DNA of 64,000 bases from a bacterium (GTDB lineage Bacteria > Patescibacteriota > Minisyncoccia > Portnoybacterales > GWB1-42-6). A program made the translations under genes and the position numbers. Location of the stretch: contig JAZDMV010000023.1 of assembly GCA_043800535.1 (NCBI GenBank), forward strand, positions 27,264 to 91,263. The letters are read 5' to 3'. The notes below the pieces were generated by a model. The model searched no databases, had not been told where the DNA came from, and was given only the letters and a program-made list of their open reading frames with translations. Shown in pieces: positions 46,139 through 54,672 of the stretch; position 1 is the stretch's first letter; each line of letters starts with the position of its first letter.

Positions 46139-47314
46139 CTACACCGTCGGCAAACTTATCGGCGGCTCGCCTTTTTTGGTCGCCAGCCACGGCGTCATCG
46201 GCGCCTTAATAGATGAGGAAGGAAAGTGATACAAGCTAGCCAACTCTTCAATGTTTAAAGTGAACCCCTTATCCCAGAATGTCCTTTGGCGCAAGAATCT
46301 TATCAGCTTTCTCTGTTTATAAATTTTTCTCTGTTTGGCAAAAAGATAATTAGCTTTGGTCATATTTTTCGCGTCCGGCAAAATGGTGTTTCCATTCAAA
46401 GCCGCAAACTGGTTAAAAAATCCCATGCTAGCGCTAACATTTGCCATTGACATAATTTCGCGCCTTGCCACATAAGCGAACTGGACTTTTGTTTCGTAGG
46501 CCTTTTTTGTGGCTTTCATTTCAACCAGCCCAATACTCTCTCTCTGTCCGGGAGAAAGCATCGGAAAAGGAACAGTGACACCTTCCGGCGCGGCAGGCGC
46601 AGGTCTTGCCTGTTCCATCAATTTTACAGCAAATTTTTTTGCTTCTTCGGCCCATTTGTCCGGTTGCGGCCTGATGAAAAACTGAATCCATATTTGTTCG
46701 CCTTGCCTAAGTTTGCTCATTACTTCCATAAGCCCGCCCAAAGGGTCTATAAATTGCGAGATGCCCTTGGAAGAAATGACATCAAGCTGCATCATGTAGG
46801 TTCGCAAAGGATAAGCATCCGGCTGGGCCAGTTTCATTTTTGTCGCCCAAAAATCCCAATTTTTATTAGGGATATCGGCCGGAATATTTTTTACATAATC
46901 TTCAACTTCCTTAACTTCTGTCTGTGGGTAATGACTCCAAATATGCGATTCTATCAGATTCCTGAACTTTGCGGGCGCCCTGACAAAAAAATGAATGCCC
47001 CCGTCAATCCCGACAATTTCAAACACAAAGTAATCCTGGATGAATCCTTTTACATATTTTTGATATTTTGTCGCGATAGTGCCAAAAATCCCCCAAAATC
47101 CCGCAAAAACCTGCTCCATAATTTTTGGACTCTGCTCCATGTCGCGGGGTGGCTTAATTTCAAGCAGAACCCACTGGATTCCCTGCCAGTAAACACGCCT
47201 GATATAATACATCCAGGTATCAAAAAAGGCTATGGCCAAAACAACCGGCAGCCATAGCCACCAAACATCCAAAAGGTAATTAAATATCACTTTTGAAAGC
47301 TCGAAAGGTGTCAT
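46139..47314 (-). CDS. Membrane-anchored protein, homologous to the N-terminal domain of the fused ATPase at 1..2167.
   Basis: A single N-terminal TM (LLDVWWLWLPVVLAIAFF) is followed by EIKPPRDMEQSPKIMEQVFAGFWGIF. The fused gene has the matching segment ITLPRAKK...IAVMEQLYSALASF. Confidence 0.6.
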   Translation of the reverse strand: MTPFELSKVIFNYLLDVWWLWLPVVLAIAFFDTWMYYIRRVYWQGIQWVLLEIKPPRDMEQSPKIMEQVFAGFWGIFGTIATKYQKYVKGFIQDYFVFEIVGIDGGIHFFVRAPAKFRNLIESHIWSHYPQTEVKEVEDYVKNIPADIPNKNWDFWATKMKLAQPDAYPLRTYMMQLDVISSKGISQFIDPLGGLMEVMSKLRQGEQIWIQFFIRPQPDKWAEEAKKFAVKLMEQARPAPAAPEGVTVPFPMLSPGQRESIGLVEMKATKKAYETKVQFAYVARREIMSMANVSASMGFFNQFAALNGNTILPDAKNMTKANYLFAKQRKIYKQRKLIRFLRQRTFWDKGFTLNIEELASLYHFPSSSIKAPMTPWLATKKGEPPISLPTV

Positions 47315-47359
47315 TCCTTGTAATAGACACTGTTAAAGATCCTGATTGGATTTAAAATT

Positions 47360-48424
47360 TTATACTAGCGCGTAACGGCCGTCCTCCAATTTTTTGAAGG
47401 CCTTTTTGTTCTGCAAATTTATAAGGATGGTATTTTCTTTTATCTGGCGCTTGGCCAAAACATTCTTTACAACCTCTCCTTTGGCCATCGGCCCTTTCTC
47501 TTTGATTATATCACGGATAACATCAACAACGGTACCGGGCGCATATCCCCATTCGGCCAAAGCATAAATCCCGCGGCCGATAAGAACAAACCGCGGGTCT
47601 TTTATGAGCTCGTTGTGAACCGTCTGCACATAAGCCGGCTTATTCTGCGGCAATTGTTCATTGATCTGATTGGTAACTTCTGAAAAATGAAACGGCTGGC
47701 CGGCTTTTTTGAATACTAAATAGGCCTTGTCGCGCACGCCACGCGGAGAAATTTCCGGCCAGACAACCAATCCGAATTCGCCAAAACGATTTTGGTCTAT
47801 GATCTTGGAAGCATCAATATAAGAAAAAGTCGCCTTGTCAGAAATATTCGGCAACTTGCTTTTAACAACTCTATAAAGCTCCTCGTCTTTTAAAACCTTG
47901 GGATTCTTATCAAAATATCTGACAGCCGAGTCCACTGCCCGTTCCGCCTTTTGAATGGCACTGCTGTTAACCGCCCAGAATGTATGAAATTCATCAGTTT
48001 CAGGATAACGGCTAAACCGCTCTCCCAGGGTCAAAACAAGATTAAGTGCCGCTTTGCACAAGCTAAGTTCTGCTTCGGCTTTTTTCTGTAATTCAGCTAT
48101 CTGACTCGCAGGAAAACAATAACAGACCAAGTCGTCAAACGCCCTGTCTTCACGCCGCAACTCGCCGTACTGCTTAAAATAATCGTGAATTTCATCTTCA
48201 AGAGGCCGTACCTTTTCGCGCACGCCCGGCTGCAATAAATAATCAAGGCCGTTCTTCTCGATCTGCCGCACTCTCTCTCTTGTTATGTTATACTGGTCCC
48301 CGATTTCCTGAAGCGTTTGCGGAGTTCCGTTTTCAAGACCAAAACGCCGCCTGACCACATCCTGTGTCCGGCGGTTGTCTATTCCGCTAATAAGTTCTGA
48401 TATCAAATAATAAGGATTTTCCAT
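47360..48424 (-). CDS. Sigma-70 region-4-like HTH domain fused to a ~280-aa domain of unknown function. It is the first gene of the ATPase operon.
   Basis: RRTQDVVRRRFGLENGTPQTLQEIGDQYNITRERVRQIEKNGLDYL matches the sigma-70 r4 / LuxR-like HTH pattern. The upstream sequence has TTGACA-17-TATCTT. Confidence 0.55.
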   Translation of the reverse strand: MENPYYLISELISGIDNRRTQDVVRRRFGLENGTPQTLQEIGDQYNITRERVRQIEKNGLDYLLQPGVREKVRPLEDEIHDYFKQYGELRREDRAFDDLVCYCFPASQIAELQKKAEAELSLCKAALNLVLTLGERFSRYPETDEFHTFWAVNSSAIQKAERAVDSAVRYFDKNPKVLKDEELYRVVKSKLPNISDKATFSYIDASKIIDQNRFGEFGLVVWPEISPRGVRDKAYLVFKKAGQPFHFSEVTNQINEQLPQNKPAYVQTVHNELIKDPRFVLIGRGIYALAEWGYAPGTVVDVIRDIIKEKGPMAKGEVVKNVLAKRQIKENTILINLQNKKAFKKLEDGRYALV

Positions 48425-48596
48425 ATCTTTCTCTTTCTAATAAGATATCATAATAAGGCAATATTGTCAACCCAGTTAGAGATTTCCCCACAAATCCTAT
48501 GTTTTTATAAAAGGAAGCCGTAGGCGGTTCGCCAAAAAAACTTTCACATATTTCGATTACTCGTTGAAATTCTAACAGGGTCAACGGGCCATGCTT

Positions 48597-49502
48597 TTAC
48601 CTTACCGAGACCAGCCGTTTTCGCCTAAAACGCTCCCAACTGACCAAAAGGGTACTGGCAATAAAAATTGAAGAATACGTCCCGAAAAACAGCCCTATGA
48701 TCAGCACCAAAGAAAAATATCTTGTACTTTCCCCGCCAAAAAGAAATACTGCCAGCATCGTCAGGAGCACCACAAGGGATGTATTTATTGAACGGCCCAG
48801 TGTCTGGTTGACGCTGACCTCAACCGTGTTTTCAAAATCAGAACCAACGCCCTTGCGCAGATTTTCGCGGATACGGTCAAACACAACTATTGTGTCGTGG
48901 ACAGAAAAACCAAGAATAGTGAGCAAAGCAGTCACAAAAAGCAGGCCAACTTCAACGTCCATAAAATGCCCGAGCACCGCAAAAAAACCGGTCGGAATGA
49001 CAACGTCATGCAAAAGAGCAATGATTGCCGCCACTCCATATCGCCAAGAAGCAACGGGTTTGGAAACCTTGCGAAATGCATATGCTATATATATGACAAT
49101 CATAAGAAGTACGAAAACGATTGCGTAAACAGCCCGCCGCTGCAATTCCTGGCCTATGACCGGGCCGACTGATTCAAAGCTTTTTTCTTCAACAACGGAA
49201 GAACCGCCCAGATCAGTAATTATTTTTTGATGGGTTTCTTCGTTGATATCACGAAACTTTAAAATGGCACCTTTATCTCCTACCGGCTGAATGCTGATAT
49301 TGCCCAAATCTATCTCAGCCAGCTTCTGCTCAATTGCGGAATTGGCCGGCCGCTCCCCCTTAAACTCAACCTGCAAAAGCGAACCACCGGTAAAATCAAT
49401 GCCTAGTTTCAAACCCCACAAAATCAACGCCAAAATACTGGCGCATAAAAGAATGCCCGAAATTGAGTAGAATATTCGACGATGACTAATGATTGGTATC
49501 AT
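48597..49502 (-). CDS. secF: Protein translocase subunit SecF.
   Basis: Six-TM SecDF fold, with FTGGSLLQVEF in the periplasmic loop. Confidence 0.85.
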   Translation of the reverse strand: MIPIISHRRIFYSISGILLCASILALILWGLKLGIDFTGGSLLQVEFKGERPANSAIEQKLAEIDLGNISIQPVGDKGAILKFRDINEETHQKIITDLGGSSVVEEKSFESVGPVIGQELQRRAVYAIVFVLLMIVIYIAYAFRKVSKPVASWRYGVAAIIALLHDVVIPTGFFAVLGHFMDVEVGLLFVTALLTILGFSVHDTIVVFDRIRENLRKGVGSDFENTVEVSVNQTLGRSINTSLVVLLTMLAVFLFGGESTRYFSLVLIIGLFFGTYSSIFIASTLLVSWERFRRKRLVSVR

Positions 49503-49518
49503 AAAAATTTCTAATTTC

Positions 49519-51039
49519 CTAATTCCCTGACTTCTTCACGCCAAACAGCCAAAGCGAATTTTCAAGCCCCGGCCTCATAATAAGTTTCAAAAATATCCTC
49601 GTGACAGTTATGGCTGAAAACATACTTACAAAAATGCCCAGCGCCAAAGTTAAAGCAAACCCTTTGATGATGCTTGTGCCGAGCCAGAATAAAATCGCGC
49701 ATGTTATAAGCGAAGAAACATTAGAATCACGAATGGAAGTCCATGCTCGCTTAAACCCCTCATCAACTGCAGTGGCCAGGCCTCTGCCCCAGCGCAATTC
49801 TTCTTTGACGCGCGCAAATATCAATATATTAGCGTCAACCGCCATTCCAATTGATAAAATAACGCCCGCAATGCCTGCTAGAGTCAAGGTGACAGAAAAT
49901 AATTTAAAAAGTGTAAGCACGATTGCCGTATATATCAAAAGCGCAGCAACGGCCACGAGGCCAGGCAGACGATACCAGAAAATCATAAAAAGTATAACCG
50001 CTGCCAGGCCGATAATTCCGGCAAGCAAGCTGGCACGAAGCGATATCTCGCCCAAAGACGGGCCGATTGTCTCTTGGTTTATCAAATTTATCGGCACGGG
50101 CAGAGCGCCGGCATTAAGCCGCTGCGCAAGAGTCTTTACCTCTGCGTCAGTGAAATTGCCGGTTATCTGCGCCTTGCCTCCTGTTATTGCATCCTGGACG
50201 CGCGGAATGCTTATCGGTTCGTCATCAAGATAGATTGCCACGGGTTTTCCGACGTTGCGTTTCGTGATTTCTTCAAAAAGCTTAGCACCTTCGTCATTGA
50301 ACTGAAGCGAAACCATCGACCGGTATGTCGTGTTATCAAAATTGACCTGGGCGTTTGCCAGATACTTGCCATTCAGCCCTGTTGACATAAAACATGGGTC
50401 ATTAGCCGAACCATATAAACGCAAGAAAGTAATAAACTCCGTCGGGTTGTCACAAATTGCATCTTTGATCTGCGCCGCGGTCGTTGTGCCAACCGTTTTA
50501 TCCAAAATCTGGTCGCGCTGGTCTGCCGGCCGCTCTTCCTTAAATTCCAGGAAAGGCGTCTCGCCTATCATTTTTATCGCCTGATTAATATCCTTGACGC
50601 CAGCCAGTTCAACTATTAAACGATGGTGCTCGCCAACAGTGTCTATCTGCACTACCGGCTCGGCGATGCCAAAAGCATTTACCCTTCGCTCGATGACGTC
50701 ACGCACGCCCTGCATTGCGTCGTTTATGCTAGCGGAGCCGATTTGACTTAAATCCGCCTCATATACCAGGTGTGTTCCGCCCAAAAGGTCAAGGCCAAGA
50801 CGGAATGGTTTATTGAAAAAATGCGGGATGTTGGGCAGACTTTTTAAAAAACTGACGTTATTTTTGCCGGCGTTCAGCCAGTCAGCCCCTTTGTCCCAGG
50901 CCCTCGGGTAATCCAAAAATGCGCAAAAAAGCGCGACCGCCACAACCAAGATCGCGATCCAGGCGTTGCGTGATATTTTGCCTTGGCTAAAAAATAAAAA
51001 CCTGAAAGGTTTTAAAATTATTTCGGTTATTTTTGCCAT
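49519..51039 (-). CDS. secD: Protein translocase subunit SecD.
   Basis: A large periplasmic domain plus a C-terminal 6-TM region. It is adjacent to secF. Confidence 0.85.
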   Translation of the reverse strand: MAKITEIILKPFRFLFFSQGKISRNAWIAILVVAVALFCAFLDYPRAWDKGADWLNAGKNNVSFLKSLPNIPHFFNKPFRLGLDLLGGTHLVYEADLSQIGSASINDAMQGVRDVIERRVNAFGIAEPVVQIDTVGEHHRLIVELAGVKDINQAIKMIGETPFLEFKEERPADQRDQILDKTVGTTTAAQIKDAICDNPTEFITFLRLYGSANDPCFMSTGLNGKYLANAQVNFDNTTYRSMVSLQFNDEGAKLFEEITKRNVGKPVAIYLDDEPISIPRVQDAITGGKAQITGNFTDAEVKTLAQRLNAGALPVPINLINQETIGPSLGEISLRASLLAGIIGLAAVILFMIFWYRLPGLVAVAALLIYTAIVLTLFKLFSVTLTLAGIAGVILSIGMAVDANILIFARVKEELRWGRGLATAVDEGFKRAWTSIRDSNVSSLITCAILFWLGTSIIKGFALTLALGIFVSMFSAITVTRIFLKLIMRPGLENSLWLFGVKKSGN

Positions 51040-51084
51040 ACAATATTATATTGGCAATATACTACATAAATGCTTTTTTGTCCA

Positions 51085-51210
51085 CCCCGCCTAGAAGTTA
51101 CTCAAAAAATTGCCGACATTTACAAGAGCAAGCCGCAGGCGATTCGCTGGAAAACATTCACCAACCAAACACGTTGTCGAACTTCTGGCGGGGTCAAAAC
51201 TTTTTTTGTT
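51085..51210 (+). ncRNA. Candidate ~125-nt structured RNA closed by a 14-bp terminal stem and followed by a U-run. Its identity is unknown.
   Basis: CCCCGCCtAGAAGTT...(90 nt)...AACTTCTGGCGGGG, then TCAAAACTTTTTTTGTTG. It lies in the secD upstream intergenic region and has internal GCGATTCGC and GGAAAAC features. Confidence 0.3.
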
Positions 51211-51215
51211 GTTGA

Positions 51216-51244
51216 GCGGCGCCCCGCACGGTGCGGGGCGCCGC
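51216..51244. repeat. GC-rich palindrome GCGGCGCCCCGCAC-g-GTGCGGGGCGCCGC.
   Basis: The CCCCGCACGGTGCGGGG core recurs at 7645..7661 and, with the central GG replaced by CC, inside the mnmA insertion (41271..41287). Confidence 0.6.
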
Positions 51245-51319
51245 GGCTATCTTCCCTGTAATGATCAGACGCCTGAAAAAAATCAGGCCGGACAAAAATG
51301 TCCGACCTGCCTTTACAAC

Positions 51320-52048
51320 TTACCTGATTTTTTTCATCAGGGCTCTGATCTTTACAATCTGATCCCCTAGGTTTTCTCTCTTAGCAATTCCCATCGCCTC
51401 CAAACAAAAGGACATAGCCACTATTTTGTAATCCACGGGCCGGCTTTTTTTCCGGCGCAGCATATGCGCTCCTAACGCCCTAAGGACCCTGACGCGGGTG
51501 TCGCTTTTTACACTTACCATCCTCTGTGCCTCACCAAAATAAATTCCCCCGTCATCAGCTTTCTGCCTGTCTCTTATCTCGCCAAGTTTTATCTTAAGCA
51601 GAGCCAAGCTGTCAGTACAGATATCACTCCTTGACAGTGCTTCGTTGATGCATTTAAGCGCATCTTCGTAATGCCCGGGCCTGAAAAACGCGGCGGCCAG
51701 AATGCTTGCTCTGATATCAAGCTGGCCCACGGTCATGTTTTTAAGACCGACAACCTCGTCCGACAATCTTAACGCCTTGCACAGCGCCCAGATCGCCCTT
51801 GGCAGCCAAAAAATAGCCAGCAGCCAATTCTGCCTTGCCCGTGCCAAAGCATTGCCCCAGGCAGTATAATACGTGCTTGAAAGCGCCATCAAACCCTCAA
51901 GCTCCTTACCCTTCGCCTTCAGATATTTATAGCGCAGGCGACTCCAGGCAATCGCGCCACCCTTGCCCCAAAGTTTCCCCTGCCGGGTCAATGTATAGAC
52001 CTTCTGTCCTACATCATCTCCGTAATCATCTCTTGCTTTTTCGTCCAT
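51320..52048 (-). CDS. Hypothetical protein of 242 aa.
   Basis: ORF with no recognised domain. Confidence 0.4.
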   Translation of the reverse strand: MDEKARDDYGDDVGQKVYTLTRQGKLWGKGGAIAWSRLRYKYLKAKGKELEGLMALSSTYYTAWGNALARARQNWLLAIFWLPRAIWALCKALRLSDEVVGLKNMTVGQLDIRASILAAAFFRPGHYEDALKCINEALSRSDICTDSLALLKIKLGEIRDRQKADDGGIYFGEAQRMVSVKSDTRVRVLRALGAHMLRRKKSRPVDYKIVAMSFCLEAMGIAKRENLGDQIVKIRALMKKIR

Positions 52049-52150
52049 TTTATCCCTCCTTTATAAAAATAGTATGTACAAAATTCAGATATAATAATAT
52101 ACCATGTGCTGTATTTCTTGTCAAAAAAAGGCCCCTGACTTAGCGGGCCT

Positions 52151-52681
52151 TTAATTTAATGAATCAACCACCGTAACCTCCCATTTAAGAACTTCGCACC
52201 CCTCTGGACTGTTAAACAGCGCCTTGCCACGAAACTTATCGCGTCTCAGGAGTAACGGAAGCCAATACCTATCAACCTGCCACATGTCATCATAAGGAAT
52301 ATCTTCGATTCTGAATTTTTGTGGGCGCATCTCGTTTGTTTCTTCCGCCTTCCCTTCCCATTTATCCGCCAGATAAGCATGCATCTCCACGATCAGCGGC
52401 ACTTCTGTAAATTCAAATTCCATAATTCCCTGCTTCTCTAATCTTTGTACTGAAATCCCGGCGCCTTCGAGGCCTCCTGTTTCCTCCCACACCTCCCTCA
52501 CTGCAATTGTGTCAATCCACTCGTCCGCCTCCTGTTTGCCTCCAAAACCATTCCATTTTCCGGCACCGAACAATCCCTCTTTTTTCATCCCCAACCAGAT
52601 CTCTCCTGTTTCAGGAATTGTGACGAAACACACCGTCGCTACTATTCTTTTCTTCTCCATAAATCCCTCCTCTTTTTTCAA
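52151..52681 (-). CDS. Nudix hydrolase.
   Basis: Nudix box GGKQEADEWIDTIAVREVWEETGG. Confidence 0.7.
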   Translation of the reverse strand: MKKEEGFMEKKRIVATVCFVTIPETGEIWLGMKKEGLFGAGKWNGFGGKQEADEWIDTIAVREVWEETGGLEGAGISVQRLEKQGIMEFEFTEVPLIVEMHAYLADKWEGKAEETNEMRPQKFRIEDIPYDDMWQVDRYWLPLLLRRDKFRGKALFNSPEGCEVLKWEVTVVDSLN

Positions 52682-52701
52682 AAAACAAATTTATCAGCAA
52701 A

Positions 52702-53250
52702 TTATTTGCTCGTATTTTGACCAACCGCCGGAAGCTCTGACAACTGCGACTTGCCGATAGCGAAGATTAATTTGTCAGAAAACGGATTCCCTTCCTTGCC
52801 CATTAAGGCAAGCGCGCAGGTCCGGTGCATTCCCTCTACCACGAAAATCCGGCCATCGCTCAAATGAAGAGCGGATACAACTGATTCTTTCGGATAATTC
52901 TCCATCATTGCCCGAATGGTAACGTTATTGGCAATAGCGGCACGGGAAGCCAGGTCAGAAAATGACTTTGTTTTTTCTCCATCATACTGCCTTTCTATCC
53001 AGGTCCTGAAAGGCCCTCCAAACCAATCACAGACCACCAAAGAAGGATCTAAAACTTCATAGAAGCCCCAGCTGGCTTTGGCGCATTCAAAGCGTCTTGC
53101 ATATCCTTTTATACGCCATTCGGCCCAGGAAGCAAATCCTCTTTCCTTGGCAAGCTGATTCCAGTTTGCCTTTTCTCCCTCGCTCTTATACCAGCAAAGA
53201 AAAACTTCCTCCCATTCACATTCTCTTATTAATTTAATCTGCTCGTTCAT
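52702..53250 (-). CDS. Hypothetical protein with a ParB/Sulfiredoxin-like GxHR motif.
   Basis: RIFVVEGMHRTCALALMG resembles the ParB/Srx DGhHR core. The assignment is weak. Confidence 0.35.
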   Translation of the reverse strand: MNEQIKLIRECEWEEVFLCWYKSEGEKANWNQLAKERGFASWAEWRIKGYARRFECAKASWGFYEVLDPSLVVCDWFGGPFRTWIERQYDGEKTKSFSDLASRAAIANNVTIRAMMENYPKESVVSALHLSDGRIFVVEGMHRTCALALMGKEGNPFSDKLIFAIGKSQLSELPAVGQNTSK

Positions 53251-53298
53251 TTTTTCCTCCTTTCTATTTTATTATTTATTATTTTTATTAAAGCATCC

Positions 53299-53694
53299 CT
53301 ATTCCAGCCCAAACGCTATCAAACCGTATTTTTTGATTTTTTCACGGTAATTCGGAAAGCTATGATAAATTTTTTCCAGTTCTTCTTTCGTTTTTAACCT
53401 CGGATCAATGTCTTTAACCTTATATCTTTTCAGCATTGCAGCTATGGATCTGAAAGTTTGCACCCGCTTAACTTTTTTCTCAAAATTTTTCTTCCCGCAG
53501 ACCAAAACCAGCGTGTCTCCGGCTTTAATGTCCCTGTATTTTTCCGTCCCCGCCCGCGTTTCAATTTTTTTCCGGCCATCGCGGATCGCCTCAAAAATAT
53601 CTTTGTTGACTGCACGGAATTTTAATATCGCAATTTTATTTGCCATAGCGTTTCTTATATTTATTTCAGCGTCCGCAGGAATTACATCAGTCAA
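53299..53694 (-). CDS. ASCH (PUA-like) domain protein.
   Basis: 131 aa beta-barrel pattern ...DIFEAIRDGRKKIETRAG...GDTLVLVCGKK... Confidence 0.45.
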   Translation of the reverse strand: MTDVIPADAEINIRNAMANKIAILKFRAVNKDIFEAIRDGRKKIETRAGTEKYRDIKAGDTLVLVCGKKNFEKKVKRVQTFRSIAAMLKRYKVKDIDPRLKTKEELEKIYHSFPNYREKIKKYGLIAFGLE

Positions 53695-54217
53695 TACTTA
53701 TCTCGCTAAAAATCTGCTCTGATGATTTGTCTGTAGCATCTATAAATTTAATACCGAGTTCATTCGCCTTCCGTTCTATTTCTTCAGCATACCTTAAAGC
53801 ATTCTCAAGCTGATAATCAGTTCTGCCCATAGGGTTTTCCCTACTCGCGTGACGTAAATTTTTGGCAAGAATTTGCGAGTCAACTTTCAAAAAGTATACC
53901 CTATCAAACAAATCGATAACGCTGAAAATATTTCCCGATAATCCAAACAGATAAATTTCTTTCTGCTTGTCGAGGAATTCTTTTAAGAATTTCCTATCCC
54001 AGAGAAATTTGTGATTATCGAGAAATTCTTTACTGGCATCCTTTGGATATTCAACCTTATCTCCTTTCCCATCAAACCAGTCAGATAAACCATCAATTAA
54101 ATCTGCGTCAACAGCGTTAATACCACGCCTTCTTAATTCAGCCGAAACATGAGTCTTGCCCGAACCAGATGAACCAATAATTAATATTTTCTTGCGCATA
54201 TTCTTGTTATCTCCCAT
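53687..54217 (-). CDS. Small P-loop NTPase/kinase (adenylate- or shikimate-kinase-like).
   Basis: KKILIIGSSGSGKTHVS Walker A at the N-terminus. Length is 176 aa. It overlaps the ASCH gene by 8 nt. Confidence 0.55.
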   Translation of the reverse strand: MGDNKNMRKKILIIGSSGSGKTHVSAELRRRGINAVDADLIDGLSDWFDGKGDKVEYPKDASKEFLDNHKFLWDRKFLKEFLDKQKEIYLFGLSGNIFSVIDLFDRVYFLKVDSQILAKNLRHASRENPMGRTDYQLENALRYAEEIERKANELGIKFIDATDKSSEQIFSEISID

Positions 54218-54252
54218 GACATTTTTTGAATTTATTTCTGCGTCCGCAGGAA

Positions 54253-54672
54253 TTATTTGTTCTTCAAGGCATCTTTTACCTGATTTATGTGATGCTCGAA
54301 ATGTGGTTCATCTCCTTCGTCAAATACCCAACTCATATGCGGCCTCTGCCTAATTTTATTTTCGCCGAATTTTTGGATATTATCTTCCAGTATTACCTGC
54401 CATTTTTCCAATTCAGATATAAGTGCCACTGGAGAATAGTTTTCGAACTCACGATAAATTCTGTCATTGAATTTATCGTAATTGTCCGTCGACATAAACC
54501 ATGGTTCCTTTCCTGTTTCAAAAACCTTTTCCAACTCATTAGCACACTCTCTTTCCCATCCGACTAAATGAGATAAAACATCTTTTACCTGCCATTTTTT
54601 CGTTACAGAAACTTTCCAATCTGATTCTTTAAGGGTTTTAAAAAAGGTTATTGTGTCCATGCTATTTTCCAT
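54253..54672 (-). CDS. Hypothetical DinB/YfiT-like protein.
   Basis: Helical bundle with HLVGWE...H pattern. The start was chosen at MENSMD (54672), which abuts the secA stop. Confidence 0.35.
   Translation of the reverse strand: MENSMDTITFFKTLKESDWKVSVTKKWQVKDVLSHLVGWERECANELEKVFETGKEPWFMSTDNYDKFNDRIYREFENYSPVALISELEKWQVILEDNIQKFGENKIRQRPHMSWVFDEGDEPHFEHHINQVKDALKNK

Noticed and set aside
48387-48584. A 65-aa minus-strand ORF between the sigma-r4 gene and secF, and a 73-aa ORF at 61553..61774.
   Set aside because: They overlap the promoter and 5' region or the 3' end of adjacent genes in another frame, and they have no domain and low-complexity sequence. They are probably spurious.
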